DNA from: Anaerolineae bacterium
GTDB taxonomy: Bacteria; Chloroflexota; Anaerolineae; UBA1429
Direction: 5' to 3'
NCBI GenBank assembly: GCA_040768165.1
Contig: JAXGNH010000005.1
Location: 30,057-94,056, forward strand
Length of the DNA: 64,000 nt
Position numbers and translations under genes: made by a program. Under the pieces are notes generated by a model, which was not told where the DNA came from, searched no databases, and was given only the letters and a program-made list of their open reading frames with translations. Below, piece after piece: positions 49,867-60,082 of the stretch. Position 1 is the first letter of the stretch. Each line of letters starts with the position of its first letter.

Positions 49867-52302
49867 TCATCGCTCAAAGAGGATGACGTCGCCGCTCTCG
49901 TAGACGCGCGTCATCAGCCGGTCGAAAGCGTTGACCTGCCCTTCGGACAGGCGATACGTGGTGCGCTCCAGCGGCCCGACGAACACATAGTCGACGCCGT
50001 ACACGTCCAGCAGCGCCGCCCTGCGGCTCAGGTCGCTCGACTGATAGATGGCAGCGATGTCGGGCTCGCGGCGGCCGGGCTCGTCATAGTTGCCGCGCCA
50101 CTGCAGCTCGTGGCCGCCCCAGCCGAGCAGTGTCGGCACGCCGCTGTGGGCCGACACCCAGTTGTACTCCGAGTAGGAGCCGCCGGTGGCCTCGAGCATC
50201 ACGGCGCCGGGGCGGGCGTTCTGCCGCAGCCACCGGATGGCGCCATAGACGTCGGGTTGCCCCTCCGCCACGTACCGCGTGCCGTCGAGGGTCGGCCGCC
50301 CGCTGAAACCGTTCGTCTTGCTCGCCGAGGCCGCCAGCGTATAGCTGAACCCCGCCGCCACCACCAGCACCGAGGCGGCCGCCCAGGCGATGCGGGCGTA
50401 GCGCCCGGCCGGCGTCGCCCCGCGCCAGGTGGCCACCACGGCGTGGACGCCAAAGGCGGCGCCGATGGCCAGCAGCACCCAGGCCTGGTAGTAGAACTTG
50501 AACACCGTGTTCATGCGCGTGCCAAAGGTGTCCCGCAGAAAGGCGAACTCGGTAAAGGTGGTGAGGAGCACCCCTGCCGCCACCATGAACAGCGCCAGCA
50601 GCGAGCCGCCATCGAGGCGCGTGCGCCCCGCGTCCTCGCCGTCGGGGCGCGCCCCCCACAGTCCCAGCGCCGCCGCGACCGTGGCGATGGCAAGCGTCAG
50701 CGCCGCCGTCCACCAGCCCCGCACGATCGAGGCGAGCATCAGCCCACCGCACAGCGCCACAGCGACCTCGGCAGCCAGCGGCAGGCGCCGTTCGCCTCGC
50801 GACAGCCGCAGGTAGCGCGCTACCTGCACGCCCAGCCAGCCCGTCACCGGCACGAGGAGGCCGCCGAACATCAGCAAGTACTGGTGGGGGCGCGTCTTGA
50901 TCTCGCCCACCCAGCCGATGCCGCCCGCCTGGGAGCGAAAGCCGAGGTAGAACGGCAGGTACAGCCCGATGCACAAGGCGCTCAGCACCGCCCCCAAGAG
51001 GACGGTGTCCGCCAACCAGCTACGCGGCGCGGGGCGGTCGAACTGGCGACGCACGGCGTACGCCACGAGCACGAGCCCCACATAGATGGGCATGTCCCAG
51101 GTGTTCAGGAACCCCAGCGCGCCGAGGAGCAGGCCCCACAGGGCGAGGTCGCCCGCCCCGCCGGGCCAGAGGGCGCGCGCCCCGCGGCGCAGCCGGCCGA
51201 GCCACGAAGCGAGGTCGCCCGACAGGGCGTCGGTTGCGCCCCCCGCCGGCGCCGTCGCATGTCCGACGCTCAGCAGCACGTTGAGCGCCAGCGCCAGGAC
51301 GAGCATCACAAAGGGCAGCGCCAGCACGTGGGGGTGGACGTCCCCCAGCAAAAAGCTAAAGAAGGGGAACTCGCTGATGACCTCGTTGTAGCCGCCACCC
51401 GGCAGGCGATCGTGGATCACGCGCGAGGCGCGCCACCACCACCAACCGTCGGTAGGGTACCAGGTCGGGCTCGGCGGGGTGGCCCCCAGGTTGCGGACGT
51501 CGAGCCAGCGCCACAGCGCCTCGGAGCCCCAGCCCCGGGCGCGGATTAGCTCAAAGACCCCCTCCAGGTTGCCCACGGCGACCACCAGCAGCGCCGCGAG
51601 GATGCCCGTCCGGGCGGCGGCCCTTGTACCCAAGGCGGCCTCCGAGGGCGCCCCCAACGCGCCCTCCAGCGCCCCACGCCGCGCGCGGTAGGCCGCCACC
51701 ATGTCGTAGGTGAGGCTAAAGGCGGCGTTGGCGGCCAGGGCGAACAGCATCGCCACGGTGAGGTTGAACGTCACGTCGCTCGCCAGGCCCGACAGGCGCG
51801 TCAGCATGGCGACGATCACGTAGCCGAAATGGTAGTAGCTGATGGCGTACCCCGAGAGCCAGGGGTCGCGCGGGGGGAAGGTGCGGCTGCCCAGGATGCC
51901 GTTGATAAAGCCGAACTCCATCGGTTTTTCCGTGGCGGCGATCTCGGGGTTGTAGGCGCGCAGGAAGGACATGGCGACCAGCGCGACCAGAAAGAGCGCC
52001 TCGGTGGTCAGGATTAGGCGACGCTGCCGCTGCAGGAACGCCCACAGCGCGCGCCCCTCGCGGCGCCAGGCAACCAACGAGAGCGCGCCCAAGAGCGCCA
52101 GCGCCACCAGCGCCCCCGCGACGGTGTTCTGCAGGATCCCCAGGGAGACGAGCATCCAAAAGAGGTACCCGCCCACCAGCAGGCCCACGTGCCGGGCAAA
52201 GCCGAGGCCGCGGTCGGGTAGGAAGCGCAGCAGCCGCAGCGTCAGCGGCAGGGCCAGGACGCCGACGGCCTGCAGAACCACCCACCAGATCAGGACCGCC
52301 AC
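49867..52302 (-). CDS. DUF2298 / Chlor_Arch_YYY (TIGR03662) membrane protein, single module
   Basis: TEKPMEFGF, PPRDPWLSG..SYYHFG, EFPFFSFLLGDVHPH, NTWD, RMNTVFKFYYQ, PTLLGW..HE.QWR; GAGGGGG RBS. Confidence 0.88.
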   Translation of the reverse strand: MAVLIWWVVLQAVGVLALPLTLRLLRFLPDRGLGFARHVGLLVGGYLFWMLVSLGILQNTVAGALVALALLGALSLVAWRREGRALWAFLQRQRRLILTTEALFLVALVAMSFLRAYNPEIAATEKPMEFGFINGILGSRTFPPRDPWLSGYAISYYHFGYVIVAMLTRLSGLASDVTFNLTVAMLFALAANAAFSLTYDMVAAYRARRGALEGALGAPSEAALGTRAAARTGILAALLVVAVGNLEGVFELIRARGWGSEALWRWLDVRNLGATPPSPTWYPTDGWWWWRASRVIHDRLPGGGYNEVISEFPFFSFLLGDVHPHVLALPFVMLVLALALNVLLSVGHATAPAGGATDALSGDLASWLGRLRRGARALWPGGAGDLALWGLLLGALGFLNTWDMPIYVGLVLVAYAVRRQFDRPAPRSWLADTVLLGAVLSALCIGLYLPFYLGFRSQAGGIGWVGEIKTRPHQYLLMFGGLLVPVTGWLGVQVARYLRLSRGERRLPLAAEVAVALCGGLMLASIVRGWWTAALTLAIATVAAALGLWGARPDGEDAGRTRLDGGSLLALFMVAAGVLLTTFTEFAFLRDTFGTRMNTVFKFYYQAWVLLAIGAAFGVHAVVATWRGATPAGRYARIAWAAASVLVVAAGFSYTLAASASKTNGFSGRPTLDGTRYVAEGQPDVYGAIRWLRQNARPGAVMLEATGGSYSEYNWVSAHSGVPTLLGWGGHELQWRGNYDEPGRREPDIAAIYQSSDLSRRAALLDVYGVDYVFVGPLERTTYRLSEGQVNAFDRLMTRVYESGDVILFER

Positions 52303-52357
52303 GCGTCACCCCCTCGCCATCCGCCGGCGACGAGACCCACGCATCTAGTCGGTGGTC

Positions 52358-52700
52358 TCGCACTGCGGGGGAGAACGGCCAAAGTCATCTCTACGTAGTT
52401 GGGAAGTCCCTTCTTCGTAGTGACGAGTTCATTCGTGCTTTTCGCGCTGCGAGGAAGAACGACTGAAGTCGTCACTACATAGGAAGGGATACCCTGCTTT
52501 GTAGTAACGAATTCATTCGTTCCTTTCGCGCTGCGGGGCAGAAAGACTGAAGTCGTTACTACGTAGTTGGGAAGCCTTTCCTTCGTAGTGACGAATTCAT
52601 TCGTTCCTTTCGCGCTGCGGAGGAGAACGACTGAAGTCGTCACTACATAGGAAGGGATACTCTGCTTTGTAGTGGCGAATTCATTCGTTTCTTCCGCGCT
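52358..52700. repeat. BIME-like array: 4 x 84-bp units (168-bp higher-order period) of two alternating GTAG-REP variants
   Basis: TCGC(G/A)CTGCG at 52358, 52442, 52526, 52610; AACGACTGAAGTCGTCACTAC alternating with GTAGTGACGAATTCATTCGTT. Confidence 0.92.
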
Positions 52701-52728
52701 ATGCGAGAGAGCGACCCAAGCCGTTCCC

Positions 52729-55700
52729 CTAGGCGCTCGCCTCCGCGGGAACCTCATAGATGTCCACCTTGTCGTTACGATACACGCGCTCTACCCGACC
52801 TTCCCGCGCCAGCGCCTCGAGGGTGGACGCTCCCCCCTCCCCGTAGGCGATGCGCTCCAGCTGTCCCACGTATACATACCGGACGTCGTGCCGCCCCAAG
52901 AGTTCCATCAGCGCCGCGGGGTCCGTCGTCGTATAGACCGCCTCGGCGTCGCGCTCGCGCGGGTTCACCTGCTGCCACGGGCGCTGCTCTCGCTGGTGGG
53001 CGCCCACCAGCGTGGGGAGGCCCGTGTAGGACGACACCCGCAGCCCCCCCTCGCGGTAGAACCCAAGGGGCGCCTCGGCGATGACGGGCGTGCCGCGCGC
53101 GTTCTCCCACAGCCAGGCGATGGCGGCCCGGTCGTGCGCCAGCTCGATGACGTGCTCCTCGTCCGGCCACGCATAGCGAGCGTCGTGCATGTACGCCGTG
53201 CCATCCAGCGTCCAGCGCGGGGCGTCCGCCTCGGGAAAGCGCTCGTTGACGCGCACCGGCACGGCCATCACCGGGTAGACGAGGGAGCCGGCCAGCAACA
53301 GCACTAGCGCCCCACGCCAGGGCGCCGACGCCGCCCGTCCCCAATCGCCGGCGCGCCGCCACAGGGCGGGAAGCGCCGCCCCCGCCGCCAGGCTCAGCAA
53401 CACCCACGCCTGGAGCGAGAACTTGAACACCGTGTTCATGCGCCGCCACTCGGAACCGTCGAGAAAGTCGCGCAGGTAGAACACCTCGATGCCGGCCAGG
53501 ATCGCCACGCCGGCAAGGAGGAAGGTACGCCGGATGAACAGGTTCGCGTCGTCCCAACTCGCCGCCCACTGCACGCAGGCCACGAACGCCAGGGTCGCCA
53601 GGAGCGCCAGCGTCCACGTGCCAGAGTCGAGACCCGCCATGGGCGCTGCCGCGCCCCCCGCGATCCCCGCGCCGGTCAGGCCCAGGAGCGCCCCCCGCGG
53701 GACGAGCGCCGACGGCGAGGCGGCCCGCGGGGGCGCACTGGTCGGCCCCTCGCCGGGCGCGCCCTCCGTGGCCGTCACCACGCCCTCCGCCCGCCGCGGC
53801 ACGCGCCAGGTGACCAGCAGCGTGGCGACGAGAAAGGCCAAGAGCCCCCAGATCATCGCCATGTCGGGGAGGGGCGACCGCTCGCCGGGCGCCACGAGGC
53901 CCAGTCCCAGCGACTGCGCCCGGTAGTGGGCGTAAAAGGGCGCGTACAGCAGCAGCGCACCGAGGGCTACCCCCAGCGCCTGCGCGGCGCCCCCGATGGC
54001 GCCCCGCCACCCATCGGCCACCGCTCCCCGGTACACGAGGGCCACCCCCGCCACGGCCAGGTAGGCCGGCAGGTCCCAGGTGTTGATCGCTCCCAACGCG
54101 CCGAGGGTCAGCACCAGCAGCCCGGCGTGCAGCGCGCCGCTCAAGACGCCGCGCTCCCGCGCCCCCACCAGGCCCGCCGCCATGCCCGCCGCCGCCACGG
54201 TGAAGGGGAGGTTCATCATGTGGGGGTGCAGGTCGGCAAAGAGAAAGCTAAAGAAGGGGAACTCGTTGATGGTGTGCGGCACGATGCGCGTGGCATAGTA
54301 CCAGTACTCGAAAGGCGGCAGCTCCGCCCGGCCCGCCAGCACCCGGCCGAGGCCCGTGAACACCGCGCCGACGCCAGCCCCGAGCGGTGCCCCCGCCAGC
54401 GTCGCGCCCCCCACCTGCCCGAGCTGCTCCACCACCTGCACGATGCCGCTGAGGTTGCCGATCACCATGAGCAGCGCCACCGCGGCGGCGCCCGACCAGG
54501 GGCGGAGCCGCGTCTCGCGCGGCGCCAGGTGATAGCCCACGGCAAAGGCGCCCGCCGCCGTCAGCGCCGCAAAGGTCGGCACGGCCAGGTTGAACGCCAC
54601 CTCGGGCGCCACGCCCACGAGCTTGGCCAGGATCCCCGTGAGAAAGTGGCCATAGTAATAGTAGTTCAGGTACCCGCCGGCAAAATAGGGGTCGTAGGGC
54701 GGCATGTGGGCCGACTTGGTCACGGCGTTGAGGATGGCCATCTCCATCATCTTTTCGCCGCCGAACCAGGGCTGCCACAGGTCGGGGTTCAGCAGCCGCA
54801 GCGCCAAGAAGGCGGCGAACGCCAGGGAGAAGATCCCCTCCTCGACGAGCATCAGCCGCCGGCAGCGTCGCCAGGTCTCGGCGAGGGTCGATCGGCGACG
54901 TCGCCAGAGGGCCAGCGCCGCCACGCCCACCAGCAGGAGGACGCCCCACGCCACGGCGACGGTGTTGGGCAACAGGCGCAGGCTGGCGCCTAGCCAGACG
55001 GGATAGCCCACCAGCAGGAGCCCCACTCCCTTGGCCAGGCCATAGCCGCCGTCCGCCCAGTGGGGCAGCGCTGTGGCCAGGAAGGGCCAGGCGATGGCGC
55101 CCAACAGCAGCGCCACGGCCCACCAGACGAGGATCGCGCCGGCGGTGCTCCCCATGGCGAGGGGGTTCCAGCCGCGGTTGTTCACCGTGGGGAGGGACTC
55201 TACCGGGCCGTCCAGCATCAAGGGCTCCGGCGTGGGGGCCGGGTCCTCCGCGCCGGGCCTCTCGGGCACCGCCGGCTCCTGCGCATGGACGGCGCTCGGC
55301 ACCCAATGGCGCGAGATCCACGCCCCGATGGCGGTCAGCGGCGAGGGTGGCGTCTCCGCGTCCGCCGGCGAGGCGCTCGCCGGGGCGGCAGCCACCTCGC
55401 GCGCGCCCGAGCCGATGACGCGGTAGATGGTCACCGGCCCGTCCTGGTAGGCGATCTCGAGGGCCGAGCCCACCATTGCGTCGAACTTGTCCAGGCCCTC
55501 GGCGTCATAGTAGGCACGCTCCAGCTCGCCCACATAGATATAGCCCACCTGGTAGCGCCGCAGCATCTGCAGCGCGTACTCGGTATCGCGCACGTTGTAG
55601 AGGTTGCGCAGGTCCAGGAGGCGCCAATCCACCATCTCGCTGCTCAGGGCAGCGCGCTGCTGCTTCTGGTGCCAGTCCCAGCCGATGATGGTGGGCAGCC

Positions 55701-58700
55701 CGGTATAGTTGGCGATGCGGCTCCCCCAGCGATAAGGGGGCACGCTCGCCTCGGCGATCACGGGCGATCCCACCACGTTGTCCTGCAGCCAGGCGATGGC
55801 GCGCCGATCGTGCTCCAGGACGATCTCGCGGTTGTTGTCCAGGTAACGGGCGGAGGCCATGTAGGCGGCGCCGTCCAGACCGGGGCCGAGGGCGGGATCC
55901 CAGCGGTCGCGCACCTTGGCCGGGGCGGCGCACAGGGGGTAGAGGGACGAGGCGGCCAGCAGCCCGATGAGCAGGCCACGCCACAGGCGCCGCCCCGGCC
56001 TTGGCCACGCGGCGTGACGCGGCCACACCATCGCCAGCCCGGCCACGCCGGCGATGCCCCACACCACCCAGATCTGCAGGTAGAACTTGAACACGGTGTT
56101 CATGCGGCCGATGTCGCCCTTGATGACCACGTACTCGACGCCGATCAGGGCGGCGGCGCCCACGGCGGCCAGCAAGGCGGCAAAGCGCCCCTCCGAGGCT
56201 AGGCGGCGCTTGAGCGCCAGGGCGGTCGCCATGACGAGGAGGGGCAGCCCCAGGAGCAGGGCCCAAGATCCCGAGATGAGGGCCGCCAGCAGTAGCCCGA
56301 TGAGCGTCATGACGCCGAACACGCCCGCCTCGTATCCCAGGCCCTGGCATCGCACCAATAGGGCATAGAGGGCGCCGGCGCGCTCGCGCCCGCCGCGCGG
56401 CGCCACATAGACCCGCAGCGCCCGCGCCACGGCGCCGCGCGCCCCGCGCCCAAAGGTGGCCGTCCAGAGCGCCGAGGCGACAAGAAAGCCGGGGGTGGCC
56501 CAGATGATGAGCAGCGCGCCCAGGGGCGAGCGCTCCCCCTTCCACGGCTCCACGCTCGAGTAAGCGGAGCCGAAATGGGCATGGAACGGCCGATAGAGCA
56601 GCATAGTGAGGACCACCAGCACCCCCACCCGCACGGCGATGCGCTCCAAGAGCCGCTGGTCCAGACGCGGCCGCGCCGTCGTGACCGCGGTGTGATAGGC
56701 GCCCATGGCCACCGCCACCACGCCGATCCCCAGGTAGGTGGGCAGGTCCCAAGTGTTGCTGCACCACAGCGCCCCCAGCGCCAGCGCCAGCAGAGCCAGG
56801 CCGGGGAGCGGCCGGCCCACGGTTTGCCCGAGCCATCGCCGGGCGTCGGCGAGATACCCCCGCCACCCCACGGCCTCGGACGAGGGCGCGGCGTCTTCCG
56901 GCTCGCCTCCGGGCAACGCCAAGCCGAGCGCCGCCCCCAGCGCCAGGAGGGTGTAGGGCAGCGCCGTCAGGTGGGCGTGGAGGTCGGCGTAGAGAAAGGT
57001 AAAGAAGGGAAACTCGTTGATCTCGCCGTTGGTCATTACCCGCGTGGCGTTCCAATACCACCACTCGGGGCGGAAGGGGAGCCGCTGCCCCTCGAAGACA
57101 TAGCGCCACAGCCCGGCGGCGCAGCGCACGAGAAACGCCAGGCCGGGGATGCGACTCTCCATGACCACCACGCGCCCCAGCTCCTCGAAACCCCGCAACA
57201 AGAGCTGGAGTTCGCCCAAGTTCCCCAGTACGGCGACCATCAGCGCCCCGAGGATGCCGTAGCGGAGCGGGCGCGGCAGCCAACGCCCCGCTTCGTCTTC
57301 CCCTTCGGGAACCAGGTTGGTGACGACGCAGGCGGCGCCCGCCGCCGTCAGGGCGAAAAGGGTCGGCACGGCCAGGTTGTAGGCCACCGTGGGGACGATC
57401 CCCGTCAGCTTGATGAGGGTCGCCACGGTGGAGAGGCCGAAATAGTAATAGTTGATGTACCCGCCGGCGAACCATGGGTCGTACGGCGGAAGAGTCGTCG
57501 ATCGCAGGATGGCGTTCAGGTAGGCCAGGTCCATGGGCTTTTCGCCGCCCATGACGGGGTGCCACAGGTCCGGGTTCCCTCGGCGGATGAGCCAGAAGAG
57601 GAGGAACGCCGCCAGGAAGAGGGCCTCGCTCGCCAGCAGGAAGCGCCAGCGCCCGCGGAGGAAGGCGCCCATCGCCGCCCGCCGCCTCCAGGCCACGACG
57701 CCGCCGGCGGCGACCATCGCCAGGAGCAGCAGCCCAACGGTCAACCGCGTGTAGGGTGCGATCCCAACACTGGGCAGCAGCCAGGCGAGATAGCCGAGCA
57801 GCAGCACGCCGAGCGTCTTGGACAGGAGGTAGCCGCGGTCGCGCAGCCGCCGCAGCGCCACGAACCCCAGCGGGAACGCCGCGGCGCCCACCAGATAGAT
57901 GGCCAGCAGCCAGATGAGGGTCGGCGCGCGGTTCGCGACGGAGGCACGGTCGAACAGCTCGGACCAGGTGCCGCCGGCCCGCTGGATGGCCCAGGCGTCC
58001 TCCGGCAGCATGAGCATGTTGGGCGCGCCGGTCACCTGCACCGGCCGCATGCGCACCACGCGCTCCAGATCATAGCCGTCAAAGAGGGCGCGCACGCGCT
58101 CCATGCTGAAATCGGCGCTCTTTTTATAGATCGTCACCTTGGGGTGATCGTAGACCGTGAACGACTCGTCGGCGTTGTCGTCCACGAACTCGAACCCCAG
58201 GACTCTGGGGCGCGACGTGAAGCTGATGAGATGCTCGAACCCCAGTTCCCCCGAAAAGAGTGCCTCGTAGTAGCGCGTCGTCATGGGAAAGCGGTCGGGC
58301 AGGCGGGGGATCGAGCCGTACAGGCGATTGCTCGACATGATGATGTACTCGGCCTCGTCGAGCCACGCGTACAGCTTGTCCCGCTTTTCCGGGACGTCCT
58401 CCCAGTACAGCTCCATCTGGACCTGCCGGTACTCGTTGGGGGGCCAGAGCCCTCCCATGGGCAGGGGCAGAGGGTCGTCCCAGTACTCGAAGGTGATGGC
58501 CGAGCCCCTGGGGATGTGTTGATAGATCCAGCGCGACGCCGTCACGCGCGTCACCGGCCGGCTATAGATGCCGGTGAACGCCGCGGCCCAGATGGCGGTA
58601 CCGACCACCACCACCGCCACGATCGTCCCCGCCAGCGGCCGTCGCCACGCGGGCGGGATGATCGCCCGCCGCCCCGGGCGTTTCGCCCGATCCCAGAGCG

Positions 58701-60078
58701 CCACAAGGCCGTACGCCGCCACGAGCGCCATGGTGGGATAGATGGGCAGCAGGTAGCGCATCGGCTTGACGAACTGGATGCTCTGGTAGAAAAAGGTGAA
58801 CGACATCCACGCCCAGGGGAGGAGGTGCTGCCAGCGGCGGCGCCGCCACAACTCCCACGCCATGAGCCCCCAGCCGGCCCACACGGCCAGGCCCAGCGGC
58901 AGCCCCTGGCCCCACAGCACGAGGTTCTGAAGCATATAGAGCACCGGCGCGCGGTCGGTCCACTGGTGGCTGGGGGGATAGTCGCTCTCGCCGCTCATCA
59001 GCCGGGCGATGCCGGCCATGTCCTCCTTCCACTGGGGGTTCAGTCGCAGCCCCAAGAACCCCGGGCCGGTGAACGCCTGGGGTTGGACGATGCGGAACAC
59101 CAGCGCCGCCAGGACGAGCACGGCCACGATGGAGAGCGAGGTGCGCAGAAAGAGCAGGGTAAAGCGCTCGGCCGGCGACGGCGGGGGACAGGCCGCATCG
59201 GCGTCCACCGTCAGCGAGACGCGCAAGCGCCCCACGCGGCCGCTGGCGTCCACGACGCGCCCGCCGGAGGCCCCGTCATCGCCTCGGCGCCACAGCGTCA
59301 GGGTGCGCAGGGCGTACGCCAGCGCGATGACGCCGATAAAGCTCAGCACACTGATCTTGGCCGACACCGCCAGGCCAAAGGCCAGCCCCAGCAACAGAAT
59401 GCTGCCGCGCCCCTCCCCCTGCGCCACGCGCACGGCGGCATAGAGCGCCAGCGTCACAAAGAAGGTCGTGGTGGTGTCCACGGTGAAATAGTGCGACTGC
59501 TGGATACTCAGGACGCTCAGCGCCAAAAAGAGCGCGCCCAGCAGCCCCACCCGTGGGCCGTACAGCCGCCGCCCGATGGCGAACACGAGCACGATGCACA
59601 GCAGGTCCATGACGGCCGACATGGCCCGCCCCGCCAGGTACACGCCGTCATAGCCCGTGCGCCCCGTGACCTGCCCGAGGAACTTGGCCAGCACCACCGG
59701 CGACAGGCCATACACGTAGCTGCCGTGCTGATAGTTGTAGGGGTTCAGGGGGTTCTGCGCCGTGTCCCAGTACTGCCCCAGCGAGGTGGGCCACTGCAGG
59801 CTGTTCTCCACCATGGTGAGAAAGCGCTCGTCGGGGTGGAGGTGCTGCCCCTCATCCCAGTTCAGGCCGGTGAAGCGCAGCACCGCGCCCAGCACGACGA
59901 TCAGCGCCAGCCACTCTAGCACCAGCACGCGATCGGACGTGGTGGCGGACACGCGCCGCCCGAGGGTGGCCAGCCGTTGGGCCAACTGCCTCAGGGTCTG
60001 CCGCACGCCGCCCCACGCGGGCGCGCGGGCGGGCTCTGCCTCCCAGCGATGGGGTTCTGTGGGCACGCGTTCCGTCAT
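52729..60078 (-). CDS. Giant 2449-aa membrane protein: GT39/PMT-like module plus two DUF2298 modules
   Basis: LHPDERFL; twice GGEK.M, PPYDP.FAGGY.NYYY, NEFPFF.FL.ADLH.H, NTWD, RMNTVFKF, TGLPT, YVG.LER. Confidence 0.88.
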   Translation of the reverse strand: MTERVPTEPHRWEAEPARAPAWGGVRQTLRQLAQRLATLGRRVSATTSDRVLVLEWLALIVVLGAVLRFTGLNWDEGQHLHPDERFLTMVENSLQWPTSLGQYWDTAQNPLNPYNYQHGSYVYGLSPVVLAKFLGQVTGRTGYDGVYLAGRAMSAVMDLLCIVLVFAIGRRLYGPRVGLLGALFLALSVLSIQQSHYFTVDTTTTFFVTLALYAAVRVAQGEGRGSILLLGLAFGLAVSAKISVLSFIGVIALAYALRTLTLWRRGDDGASGGRVVDASGRVGRLRVSLTVDADAACPPPSPAERFTLLFLRTSLSIVAVLVLAALVFRIVQPQAFTGPGFLGLRLNPQWKEDMAGIARLMSGESDYPPSHQWTDRAPVLYMLQNLVLWGQGLPLGLAVWAGWGLMAWELWRRRRWQHLLPWAWMSFTFFYQSIQFVKPMRYLLPIYPTMALVAAYGLVALWDRAKRPGRRAIIPPAWRRPLAGTIVAVVVVGTAIWAAAFTGIYSRPVTRVTASRWIYQHIPRGSAITFEYWDDPLPLPMGGLWPPNEYRQVQMELYWEDVPEKRDKLYAWLDEAEYIIMSSNRLYGSIPRLPDRFPMTTRYYEALFSGELGFEHLISFTSRPRVLGFEFVDDNADESFTVYDHPKVTIYKKSADFSMERVRALFDGYDLERVVRMRPVQVTGAPNMLMLPEDAWAIQRAGGTWSELFDRASVANRAPTLIWLLAIYLVGAAAFPLGFVALRRLRDRGYLLSKTLGVLLLGYLAWLLPSVGIAPYTRLTVGLLLLAMVAAGGVVAWRRRAAMGAFLRGRWRFLLASEALFLAAFLLFWLIRRGNPDLWHPVMGGEKPMDLAYLNAILRSTTLPPYDPWFAGGYINYYYFGLSTVATLIKLTGIVPTVAYNLAVPTLFALTAAGAACVVTNLVPEGEDEAGRWLPRPLRYGILGALMVAVLGNLGELQLLLRGFEELGRVVVMESRIPGLAFLVRCAAGLWRYVFEGQRLPFRPEWWYWNATRVMTNGEINEFPFFTFLYADLHAHLTALPYTLLALGAALGLALPGGEPEDAAPSSEAVGWRGYLADARRWLGQTVGRPLPGLALLALALGALWCSNTWDLPTYLGIGVVAVAMGAYHTAVTTARPRLDQRLLERIAVRVGVLVVLTMLLYRPFHAHFGSAYSSVEPWKGERSPLGALLIIWATPGFLVASALWTATFGRGARGAVARALRVYVAPRGGRERAGALYALLVRCQGLGYEAGVFGVMTLIGLLLAALISGSWALLLGLPLLVMATALALKRRLASEGRFAALLAAVGAAALIGVEYVVIKGDIGRMNTVFKFYLQIWVVWGIAGVAGLAMVWPRHAAWPRPGRRLWRGLLIGLLAASSLYPLCAAPAKVRDRWDPALGPGLDGAAYMASARYLDNNREIVLEHDRRAIAWLQDNVVGSPVIAEASVPPYRWGSRIANYTGLPTIIGWDWHQKQQRAALSSEMVDWRLLDLRNLYNVRDTEYALQMLRRYQVGYIYVGELERAYYDAEGLDKFDAMVGSALEIAYQDGPVTIYRVIGSGAREVAAAPASASPADAETPPSPLTAIGAWISRHWVPSAVHAQEPAVPERPGAEDPAPTPEPLMLDGPVESLPTVNNRGWNPLAMGSTAGAILVWWAVALLLGAIAWPFLATALPHWADGGYGLAKGVGLLLVGYPVWLGASLRLLPNTVAVAWGVLLLVGVAALALWRRRRSTLAETWRRCRRLMLVEEGIFSLAFAAFLALRLLNPDLWQPWFGGEKMMEMAILNAVTKSAHMPPYDPYFAGGYLNYYYYGHFLTGILAKLVGVAPEVAFNLAVPTFAALTAAGAFAVGYHLAPRETRLRPWSGAAAVALLMVIGNLSGIVQVVEQLGQVGGATLAGAPLGAGVGAVFTGLGRVLAGRAELPPFEYWYYATRIVPHTINEFPFFSFLFADLHPHMMNLPFTVAAAGMAAGLVGARERGVLSGALHAGLLVLTLGALGAINTWDLPAYLAVAGVALVYRGAVADGWRGAIGGAAQALGVALGALLLYAPFYAHYRAQSLGLGLVAPGERSPLPDMAMIWGLLAFLVATLLVTWRVPRRAEGVVTATEGAPGEGPTSAPPRAASPSALVPRGALLGLTGAGIAGGAAAPMAGLDSGTWTLALLATLAFVACVQWAASWDDANLFIRRTFLLAGVAILAGIEVFYLRDFLDGSEWRRMNTVFKFSLQAWVLLSLAAGAALPALWRRAGDWGRAASAPWRGALVLLLAGSLVYPVMAVPVRVNERFPEADAPRWTLDGTAYMHDARYAWPDEEHVIELAHDRAAIAWLWENARGTPVIAEAPLGFYREGGLRVSSYTGLPTLVGAHQREQRPWQQVNPRERDAEAVYTTTDPAALMELLGRHDVRYVYVGQLERIAYGEGGASTLEALAREGRVERVYRNDKVDIYEVPAEASA

Positions 60079-60082
60079 GCGC

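Noticed and set aside
52358-52700. CRISPR array
   Set aside because: Repeats alternate in orientation, the linkers recur (X,Y,X,Y) instead of being unique spacers, and no cas genes are present; it is a REP/BIME-type array
52290-52757. 155-aa repeat protein ORF (TNEFVTT/YVVTTSVV)
   Set aside because: Translation of the 84-bp array, open only because 84 is a multiple of 3; no RBS
56575-59919. 1114-aa plus-strand ORF and other long antisense ORFs (2809-4491, 4505-6709, 24659-26392, 29501-31087)
   Set aside because: Shadow ORFs opposite well-supported genes, expected at high GC3; no motifs
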